Assembly: GCA_002269645.1 (NCBI GenBank)
Contig: NIVC01001834.1
Coordinates: forward strand, 168,432-232,431
Direction: 5' to 3'
Length of the DNA stretch: 64,000 nucleotides
DNA from: Macrostomum lignano
Lineage: Eukaryota
A program made the translations under genes and the position numbers. Shown here piece by piece: positions 51,226 through 61,538 of this stretch (within the stretch, counting starts at the first letter, position 1; each line of letters opens with the position of its first letter). The notes beneath the pieces were generated by a model. That model saw nothing but the letters and a program-made list of their open reading frames with translations. It was not told where the DNA came from and searched no databases.

Positions 51226-51944
51226 TTTTGAACGCTCAGTTTACAGGTTGTGCCGTTTGGAAAGTGGCAAACCAAAATATGCCATTTTCTAAGTCTCATC
51301 TATAGGGGCAGAAAAAGTTGCAGAGGCAGAAACCTGCCGCGCAAAAGCAGCAAAAGCCTGCTAAAGCGATTAGCACAAAAAAGCACAACTGCAACTCGCC
51401 AGTAGCCAATGTGTTTTCCTCGCCCTCTAGGCCAAATATTTACAAAGGCTGGTAAACTGTTTCTCTGTGGCGATTTGCTGGAAGACAAGACAGATGATAC
51501 ACAGCCTGTTAAATCGATGACATTGTGTCCTGTATGCAGTTGTGCTTATTATGGCTTTCTAGAGCTTTGTAGGAGTGTAAAAGCAAAGTATCGTGAGGCC
51601 TGATTACATTCTCTGAGGCCGCTAAGCCGTGCGCCTAATCACTCTTAAACGATTCGCCAGAGGTTCCAGTAGTGTTCCAGGAAACGATGGGGTTTTGTTA
51701 AACGTTACGATGCACTGTGCAAGAGGCTCGCGTGGGGTTCTGTGGTTGCGTCACCGCGGGATGAGACAAATTTTTCTAAGCCTCTTTTTGAAGGCAGGAA
51801 TATTGTTCTTATTGCTGATAGGTGGACAGGTGAACAGGTTGCAACTGGGTGTAATTGGAGCTTAAGAAGGGAATGGAAGTTTGGAGTGGCATATGGGATA
51901 AGTGGGGAGATTGAAGTGGTTGATAACAATTAGTAGTTGAGATC

Positions 51945-53025
51945 GAAATTAAGGACAGGAGAGATTAGAATTAAGGACAGGTGATATTAGAGTTAAGGAC
52001 AGGAGAGATTAGAATTAAGGACAGGTGAGATTAGAATTAAAGACATGTGAGATTAGAATTAAGGACAGGAGAGATTAGAATTAAGGACAGGTGAGATTAG
52101 AATTAAGGACAGGTGAGATTAGAATTAAGGACAGGTGAGATTAGAATTAAGGACAGGTGAGATTAGAATTAAGGACATGTGAGATTAGAATTAAGGACAG
52201 GTGAGATTAGAATTAAGGACAGGTGAGATTAGAATTAAGGACATGTGAGATTAGAATTAAAGACATGTGAGATTAGAATTAAGGACATGTGAGATTAGAA
52301 TTAAGGACATGTGAGATTAGAATTAAGGAAATGTGAGATTAAAATTAAGGACAGGTGAGATTAGAATTAAGGACAGGTGAGATTAGAATTAAGGACAGGT
52401 GAGATTAGAATTAAGGACAGGTGAGATTAGAATTAAGGACAGGTGAGATTAGAATTAAGGACAGGTGAGATTAGAATTAAGGACAGGTGAGATTAGAATT
52501 AAGGACAGGTGAGATTAGAATTAAGGACAGGTGAGATTAGAATTAAGGACATGTGAGATTAGAATTAAGGACAGGTGAGATTAGAATTAAGGACAGGTGA
52601 GATTAGAATTAAGGACATGTGAGATTAGAATTAAAGACATGTGAGATTAGAATTAAGGACATGTGAGATTAGAATTAAGGACATGTGAGATTAGAATTAA
52701 GGAAATGTGAGATTAAAATTAAGGACAGGTGAGATTAGAATTAAGGACAGGTGAGATTAGAATTAAGGACAGGTGAGATTAGAATTAAGGACAGGTGAGA
52801 TTAGAATTAAGGACAGGTGAGATTAGAATTAAGGACAGGTGAGATTAGAATTAAGGACAGGTGAGATTAGAATTAAGGACAGGTGAGATTAGAATTAAGG
52901 ACAGGTGAGATTAGAATTAAGGAAATGTGAGATTAGAATTAAGGACAGATGAGATTAGAATTAAGGACATGTGAGATTAGAATTAAGGACATGTGAGATT
53001 AGAATTAAGGACAGGTGAGATTAGT
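51945..53025. repeat. 22-bp satellite (AGATTAGAATTAAGGACAGGTG) with a 374-bp (17-unit) block duplication
   Basis: The variant run starting AGACATGTGAG occurs at 52261 and 52635. Confidence 0.95.
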
Positions 53026-53064
53026 CGTTAAAAAGACAGCTGAGATTGCATTTTTTAAGACTTG

Positions 53065-53745
53065 TGAGATGGGAGTAGTTAGAGACAGGTGAGCTGGGAG
53101 TATAGTTAGAGACACGTGAGCTGGGAGTATAGTTATAGACGAGTATAGTTAGAGACAGGTGAGATGGGAGTATAGTTAGAGACAGGTGAGCTGGGAGTAT
53201 AGTTATAGACGAGTATAGTTAGAGACAGGTGAGATGGGAGTATAGTTAGAGACAGGTGAGATTGGAGTATAGTTAGAGACAGGTGAGATGGGAGTATAGT
53301 TAGAGACACGTGAGCTGGGAGTATAGTTATAGACGAGTATAGTTAGAGACAGGTGAGATGGGAGTATAGTTAGAGACAGGTGAGATTGGAGTATAGTTAG
53401 AGACAGGTGAGATGGGAGTATAGTTAGAGACAGGTGAGATTGGAGTATAGTTAGAGACAGGTGAGATGGGAGTATAGTTAGAGACACGTGAGCTGGGAGT
53501 ATAGTTAGAGACAGGTGAGATGAGAGTATAGTTAGAGACAGGTGAGCTGGGAGTATAGTTAGAGACACGTGAGCTGGGAGTCTAGTTAGAGACAGGTGAG
53601 ATGGGAGTATAGTTAGAGACAGGTGAGATGGGAGTATAGTTAGAGACAGGTGAGATGGGAGTATAGTTAGAGACAGGTGAGATGGGAGTATAGTTAGAGA
53701 CAGGTGAGATGGGAGTATAGTTAGAGACAGGTGAGATTGGAGTGG
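53065..53745. repeat. 27-bp minisatellite (GAGATGGGAGTATAGTTAGAGACAGGT)
   Basis: About 25 copies abutting the 22-bp array and sharing its ACAGGTGAGA core. Confidence 0.94.
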
Positions 53746-54407
53746 TTAAATACAGGTAGACAGGAAGACCTCATACAGTTTTATTACAAACTGTAGGAAG
53801 AGAATTAGTTACGCAGACGGTACCAGGCAGTCAACGGCTCGTGCCTTGGGGATTCGGGTTTTGTTTTCACAGGAGCACCGGTGCTGGTCAGTCCGGTTTG
53901 CGGTTCAGACGGCAGCAGCTTACACACACAGTCGGGGTCAGAAAGCTTTGATATTAGCTCCAAGTTGCAGTACCTGAACCTGATGGGGAGCTGGGAGAAA
54001 AGAAGATGAGAGAGAGGCAGACAGAGAAAACACACAGGGAGGCGGTTTCAAGCCGAGCTGCTGAAATCTATCTTTGCTATTATTTTTCTAATCAAGCAGA
54101 GGCAAACTCCTTCATCATATATCGAGTTTGATCTGGGCCCGCTTAAGCCAACTTGCCAATCTGTGCGCTCTCTCTCACCTAGAATATGGGGAGCTTTTTA
54201 TGGGGAAGGCCATACATGAATCGAATGGCCTGTGGGAAATGCCATTATATCTGCCTGGGGGGCCATTGCCCAAGGGTTTGCGACAACACGTTAGCCAATA
54301 TTTTAGCAGAATTTAAACAGATATTAAACAGAAAGTTTTTGTAAAATTTTTTTACGTATTTTCAAATAATGCGTAGGATTTGAAAATTTAGCTAAATTTT
54401 TAGGGAT

Positions 54408-56740
54408 AGTGAGAGGGAGAGGGAGAGGGAGAGGGAGAGGGAGAGGATGAGAATGAGAGAGGGAGAAGGGGAGTGAGAGATAGAGAGTGATAGATGGAGA
54501 TGGGGAGTGAGAGAAGGAGAGTGAGAGAGGGAGATGGAGAGTGAGAGATGGAGAATTAGAGATGTAGAAAAAGAGAAAAAAGGTCACGGCGTGTTTAAAA
54601 AAAATTCAATATGGGATACCGGTTTCAAGCCTCTGGGCTTTTTAACAGGCCAAAAATCCGTGTTTAATGCAATGTAAGTTGGTCTTTTAAGTATATTATT
54701 TTTCTTAGTCTGATAAAATTGATGAGTAGTTGTACATATGAGGGATGTACATTTAAAACCCTGTTTTGTCTAGCTCTGACTTGTCCCAGAGGCTTTCCAC
54801 TGTTCATTTCAATCGACATTTGTGCGTACAATCAAGTAGTTTGAATAAAATAAACGTGAATCAATATTGTACATCAATAGGGTAAAATGACCGCATTCAA
54901 TGGTTTCCTGGCTGAGACTTAAACTTATTGGGAGCCAGGAGGCTCTGTAAATTACGTTGCCGTGTAAATGCGGGCAGTATGCGGGAGCCTGGTTTATTTT
55001 GTAGTTTATCAAAGTTTTTAGCAATCTCGTTAGCACTCTCTCGGAGAGTGAGAGATGGATATGGATAGTGAGAGATGGAGAGTGAGAGATGGAGAGTGAG
55101 AGATGGAGAGTGAGAGATGGAGAGTGAGAGATGGAGAGTGGGAGATGGAGAGTGAGAGATGGAGAGTGAGAGATGAAGAGTGAGAGATGGAGAGTGAGAG
55201 ATGGAGAGTGAGAGATGAAGAGTGAGAGATGGAGAGTGACAGAAGGAGAGGGAGAGATGAAGAGTGAGAGATGGAGAGTGGGAGATGGAGAGTGAGAGAA
55301 GGAGAGTGAGAGATGAAGAGTGAGAGAAGGAGAGTGAGAGAAGGAGAGTGAGAGATGAAGAGTGAGAGAAGGAGAGTGAGAAAAGGAGAGTGGGAGATGG
55401 AGAGTGAGAGAAGGAGAGTGAGAGATGAAGAGTGAGAGAAGGAGAGTGGGAGAAGGAGAGTGAGAGAAGGAGAGTGAGAGAAGGAGAGTGAGAGATGAAG
55501 AGTGAGAGAAGGAGAGTGAGAGATGAAGAGTGAGAGAAGGAGAGTGAGAGAAGGAGAGTGAGAGATGAAGAGTGAGAGAAGGAGAGTGAGAGAAGGAGAG
55601 TGAGAGATGAAGAGTGAGAGAAGGAGAGTGAGAGAAGGAGAGTGAGAGATGAAGAGTGAGAGATGGAGAGTGAGAGAAGGAGAGTGAGAGATGAAGATGG
55701 GGAGTGAGAGAAGGAGAGTGAGAGATGAAGAGTGAGAGAAGGAGAGTGAGAGAAGGAGAGTGAGAGATGAAGAGTGAGAGAAGGAGAGTGAGAGAAGGAG
55801 AGTGAGAGATGAAGAGTGAGAGATGGAGAGTGAGAGATGGAGAATGAGAGATGGAGAGTGACAGAAGGAGAGGGAGAGATGAAGAGTGAGAGAAGGAGAG
55901 TGAGAGAAGGAGAGTGAGAGATGAAGAGTGAGAGAAGGAGAGTGAGAGAAGGAGAGTGAGAGATGAAGAGTGAGAGAAGGAGAGTGAGAGAAGGAGAGTG
56001 AGAGATGAAGAGTGAGAGATGGAGAGTGAGAGATGGAGAATGAGAGATGGAGAGTGACAGAAGGAGAGGGAGAGATGAAGAGTAAGAGAAGGAGAGTGAG
56101 AGAAGGAGAGTGAGAGATGAAGAGTGAGAGAAGGAGAGTGAGAGAAGGAGAGTGAGAGATGAAGAGTGAGAGATGGAGAGTGAGATAAGGAGAATGAGAG
56201 ATGGAGAGTGACAGAAGGAGAGGGAGAGATGAAGAGTGAGAGAAGGAGAGTGAGAGAAGGAGAGTGAGAGAAGGAGAGTGAGAGAAGGAGAGTGAGAGAT
56301 GAAGAGTGAGAGATGGAGAGTGAGAGAAGGAGAATGAGAGATGGAGAGTGACAGAAGGAGAGGGAGAGATGAAGAGTGAGAGAAGGAGAGTGAGAGAAGG
56401 AAAGTGAGAGATGGAGAGTGAGAGAAGGAGAGTGAGAGAAGGAGAGTGAGAGATGAAGAGTGAGAGAAGGAGAGTGAGAGAAGGAGAGTGAGAGATGGAG
56501 AGTGAGAGATGGAGAGTGAGAGATGGAGAGTGAGAGATGGAGAGTGAGAGAAGGAGAGTGGGAGATGGAGAGTGAGAGATGGAGAGTGAGAGATGGAGAG
56601 TGAGAGATGGAGAGTGATAGATGGAGAGTGAGAGAAGGAGAGTGAGAGATGGAGAGTGAGAGATGGAGAGTGAGAGATGGAGAGTGGGAGATGGAGAGTG
56701 AGAGAAGGAGAGTGGGAGATGGAGAGTGAGAGTGAGAGAT
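54408..56740. repeat. Purine-rich 14-bp satellite (GAGAGTGAGAGATG / GAGAGTGAGAGAAG): short block 54408-54560 and main block 55045-56740
   Basis: Read directly; unique sequence separates the two blocks. Confidence 0.94.
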
Positions 56741-58065
56741 GCCGACCTAGCCAACAAGTGTCAACAAAAAAACCGAGGTGATAAAGCTCGGTGATTGATG
56801 AAGCAATGGTGTTTCGCAGATTGTATTGGCAAATAAAGTTGCGCCCAGCAGGTGCCATTTGAGATTATACGAGCCGGGATTTGTCATGTCGCACGGATGT
56901 CCTCCTCCTCGAGCCGGACAATTAGGAAGCCGCCAAGTCGCGGCAATATTTAACTAGCTGGCTCGCACCTGGCGCAGCCTCACGGGGATTAAAGCAGACA
57001 TGTTTTTGCACGTTTTTACCAGGCAAAGCTCCGAAACTCCGTTTCTGCAAGGTCTCCAAGAATGCCGCCCGAACCCCTCGGTTTCTGCTTTTACAGCTTC
57101 CATGACGGAAATTAGCGGCTAGGAGAAAAACTTATTGAAGGCGTCACTCGAATTTTGGCAATAAATATTTTTCACAGCCAACCTTAAACTCGTATAAAAA
57201 TATACGGGGGAACCTGTCACGGTGTCACCTCAACGGCCTGGCAGATCTGTTGCTATGGGGACCCCCCCCCAACCCGAAAAAGCGATCCCCTTATTAAAGC
57301 GGCTTGCAAAACAATCTTTCTGCAGGAATTTTAGCGGAACAGAACTCGAATACAGGAAGTGTTTGGAGTTGTGTCAACATTGCAACAGCAGACTGCAGGC
57401 AGGCCTGCCTCAGCCAAGCTATTCATTATTCGAAGCCCAAGAAATGTTCTGCTTTGGTCATCAGCTCTCCCAGCTTGGTTTCACACCTTTGTTTTCAACC
57501 CCAAGCCCAACTTCTAACCTTCTGTTTCACTCGGTCTTTATAATTAACAAGCTTTAGAAAGTTTTTAGTCTCTAAGGTGGATCGGATGGGGCTTTTTATT
57601 CTATGTCTTAGTCTTTCTTCCCAATCAATATTGCGGATAACAGATATATATATTTACGCAGCCGGGGAGTGTGTGCCCGGGGAGCTACAGAACTGAGTGT
57701 GGATGAGGAAATCCCCTGTTTTGATGATGTTTACTGTACAAATATTGAACTGCTCGGGCTCGGTCGTTTTAAATATGACACACGCGCTCGCAGGCACAGG
57801 CGGACAGATGGGGTGCGAGGGCTCTGTTGGCGTCATATAATGTGAAAACTCGCATAGCTACCGATCGGGCCTTTATTACTCTCGTGGCTTACAAAGGCTC
57901 CGGATTTTAGTGAAATTCATTTTTTGCAATTCTCTTATTGCAAAACGAGAAGTTGCCGGGATCTCAGCCAGCTTCTTGATTTGAAATCTTCTTCAAACAG
58001 GAAACTCTGGAGTTGACGGCTTGTCTAAAAACTCTGGAGTTGACGGCTTGTCTAAAAACTGGTTA

Positions 58066-58072
58066 CTCTCTC

Positions 58073-58122
<50 letters not shown>
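58066..58122. repeat. (CT)n microsatellite
   Basis: Pure CT run from ~58076 to 58122. Confidence 0.95.
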
Positions 58123-58127
<5 letters not shown>

Positions 58128-58431
58128 GCTGAGATGGAGAGAAGCAAACAGAGACAGTAATCACAGATATATTGCCATTTCGAAAGATCGTTTAAGGACT
58201 CCAAGAGCTCTGTAATATTGCATCAAAGAATTTCAGATTTCAGACTTGAGCATATCAATTTGCTGAGTCATTCATCCGGTATGGAAGTTCGAATCAAAAG
58301 CCTGCTCGTTATTAAACATTCGCTAGTTGTTTAGAAGTGTTTAGCATTATGAGACCTGAAATGTCAAGTCCAAGTGAGCAATTGTTTACCACAGACAGCC
58401 CGCTGACTTTGCACTGGATCAATATGGTACT

Positions 58432-59015
58432 TTGGCCATAGACATAGAGCAGCCACTGACTCAGCACTGGCACTCGGCCATAGACATAGAGCAGCCACTG
58501 ACTCAGCACTGGCACTCAGCCATAGAGCAGCCACTGACTCAGCACTGGCACTCAGCCATAGAGCAGCCACTGACTCAGCACTGGCACTCGGCCATAGACA
58601 TAGAGCAGCCACTGACTCAGCACTGGCACTCGCCATAGACATAGAGCAGCCACTGACTCAGCACTGGCACTCGGCCATAGACATAGAGCAGCCACTGACT
58701 CAGCACTGGCACTCGGCCATAGACATAGAGCAGCCACTGACTCAGCACTGGCACTCGGCCATAGACATAGAGCAGCCACTGACTCAGCACTGGCACTCGG
58801 CCATAGACATAGAGCAGCCACTGACTCAGCACTGGCACTCGGCCATAGACATAGAGCAGCCACTGACTCAGCACTGGCACTCGGCCATAGACATAGAGCA
58901 GCCACTGACTCAGCACTGGCACTCGGCCATAGACATAGAGCAGCCACTGACTCAGCACTGGCACTCGGCCATAGACATAGAGCAGCCACTGACACAACAC
59001 TGGCACTCGGCCATA
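58432..59015. repeat. 42-bp minisatellite (GCCATAGACATAGAGCAGCCACTGACTCAGCACTGGCACTCG)
   Basis: 14 units, two of them shortened to 36 bp; 13 carry an intact TGACTCAGCA. Confidence 0.96.
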
Positions 59016-59654
59016 GACAAAAAAGTCAAATATGCGGACAGCTCGCAGTTCCAACAAGCTGCAGTCTTCCAAACAGACTGTTTTTAATTGGCTCTTTCTC
59101 TATTAGTTACATTATAATCAAGTAGAGAGAATTTCAAATCAAATATTCTGACTACAGAACTTCATTTCTAACTGATAAAACTTTGCTTTGTCTGCCAGTA
59201 TCCAGTTGGGAACCAGGCAGAAAAAAACGAAGAAGTGACGGATCAAGATTCGAAGCCATAAGTTCGAAGCAGTTGCCGCATTTAAAGACCAATTCATTCT
59301 CTGTTGCTATTTCTTAAAACTCTGTCCCCCGCTCCCCGGTAACATTCAGTAAAAATATTTGCTTCACCAAGTTTTCCCTGCGAACCAAAACTTGCTTGCG
59401 GCTCCGCGATGTCTAGAAGAATCCCCGGCCGCGTACCCTGGTCACAGCGATTCCCCGCGGGGGGTCAGAGAACTCGGACAGTTGTTGCACAAATTTGCGC
59501 TTGACCACACCGATCAATATCTGAGTTGAAAACTGCTTTGAAAAAGTAAAGCGCTATTATCCCGCAAATCTGCGACGGACTGAACACTTGCGCGAGAAAG
59601 ATTGACATTGAAATGTTACGAAGAGAGATAAAATACAGCAGTGCACTATGCTGT

Positions 59655-59880
59655 TTATGAGCGGTGCTGTCTATGAGCGGTGCTGTGTATGAGCCGTACT
59701 CCATGAGCGGAGGTGTCTATGAGCCGTACTCTATGAGCGGTGCTGCCTGCCTATGAGCGATGCTGTCTATGAACGATGCTGTCTATGAGCGATGCTTTGT
59801 ATGAGCGGTGCTGTCTATGAGCGGTGCTGTCTATGAGCGGTGCTGTCTATGAGCGATGCTGCCTGCCTATGAGCGATATA
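59655..59880 (-). repeat. Degenerate array of the 16-bp unit seen at 41420, in reverse orientation (GAGCGGTGCTGTCTAT)
   Basis: Exact reverse complement of ATAGACAGCACCGCTC in several units. Confidence 0.9.
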
Positions 59881-60629
59881 GAAGCAGCAAAGCTGAGCAA
59901 AAAAGCCAAGAGTATCTACCATACACCATAATACAAATCAAACCGACAGGGACAGTCAAAGCAAAAGCGGCAAGTTAAGGAAGACCTCACCGGCAGATTA
60001 ATTGCCGCGATAAACCACTTTCGTGTGGCATTCCCGCTGCGCCCCAACCCCCTCATTCAAGACACTTCACACTTCGAAACAGCGGGAGGTCTTGCATTCC
60101 ACGCTTCCCCCTCGCGCCCGCTTGGGTTCGGTCAAATGGTTTGGTGGACGCGGGAACACGGAAGCGAGTTAAGTCCTTTGACGACATAGATATCTTTTGC
60201 TATGCGACAGCAGATGCTGGTCGGCTTGGCTCTCACACTTTCTGCCGCAACTCCACTTACAGCTGCTGTTGTCAATTTTTTTCTTTTCCTTCGGCTGGTC
60301 CCGCATAGCGAAAGCAGACAGAGAAGGAAGAGAAAACACAATCTAATGCTGACCCACGATTTCAACACCAACGTTTGTTGACCTGCGGGTTAGCTTTGGC
60401 CATTTGTCTGGCTGGAATCTCTGATCGGGCGGGAGGGCGGATAAAGACTGCGGATTGTATGGCGAAGTATTGGACAAAAGGTTCAACTGTCGGAATAACA
60501 ACTGGGGGCGGGGCAGCGTAAGGGGGCGAGAATGATCACAACGGGTGTCAATTCTCTGCGTGGCGGACTGTTGATTGATTGGTGTTGACGTAGGTGAACT
60601 GGGATAATGGAACTGGCTTTTTATCTGAG

Positions 60630-61000
60630 GTCTATGAGCGATGCTGTCTATGAGCGGTGCTGTCTATGAGCGGTTCTGTCTATGAGCGGTGCTGTCTATG
60701 AGCGGTGCTGTCTTTGAGCGGTGCTGTCTATGAGCGGTGCTGTCTATGAGCGGTGCTGTCTATGAGCGGTGCCTATGAGCGGTGTCTATGAGCGATGCTG
60801 TCTATGAGCGATGCTGTCTATGAGCGGTGCTGTCTATGAGCGGTGCTGTCTATGAGCGGTGCTGTCTATGAGCGGTGCTGTCTATGAGCGGTGCTGTCTA
60901 TGAGCGGTGCTGTCTATGAGCGGTGCTGTCTATGAGCGGTGCTGTCTATGAGCGGTGCTGTCTATGAGCGGTGCTATCTATGAGTGAGACTGGTTATGAG
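60630..61000 (-). repeat. Homogeneous array of GAGCGGTGCTGTCTAT (reverse complement of the 41420 array)
   Basis: About 22 copies. Confidence 0.95.
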
Positions 61001-61538
61001 CGATGCTGTCCATGAGCGATTCTGTCTGTCACAATGAGCTGTGCTGTCTGTCTGAGTGATGTTAACCATGTTTCCGTAAATAAAATGCATTATTTTAGCT
61101 TATTTATCGAATAATACAAGAATATCGTAGGTTTATTCATCAGTTAGTAGCCAGTGTAGCAAATTTGCTTTAAAATTAAAACAGAGGATTGGTAAAACCC
61201 GGGCTATATGTAGCCAGCCATAAAGAATTTACCGCCCACACTCCCGACACGCGAGACCAGCAGGAAGCAGCGAGCTCAGCCCAATCGGGGGGTGGTCAGA
61301 AATATTGATTTGCGGGATCAACTGCTCGCAGCAAAGCCTTTATTTCACCCTCTCTCACTTTCTTCCCAAAGTCCGGGACTGCAACGTACGGGGTTGGCAA
61401 TTTTACGCCTTCCAACCCCAATATCAAACTCACCTCCCTGATCCAAGGAGCAAAATAAAGGCGTTGCTACTCAAAGTTTTGGCTACTCAAAGCAACTGCT
61501 GTCAAATCCTGCTGTTGAAAAACCAGACTTTGCAGCAA

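Noticed and set aside
48403-51299. ORFs up to 632 aa (TAPPKLQ / APFVALV repeats)
   Set aside because: The 21-bp unit is open in several frames; there is no non-repetitive domain.
53805-54035. Island with strong acceptor-like sites on both strands
   Set aside because: No partner exon or homology; it could be a lncRNA exon but this cannot be supported.
54897-56858. 653- and 575-aa Ser/Leu/His ORFs on the minus strand
   Set aside because: Translation of the GA-rich 14-bp satellite.
6426-59015. CRISPR-like arrays (27-42 bp periodic repeats)
   Set aside because: Units are head-to-tail with no unique spacers, there are no cas genes, and the context is eukaryotic.
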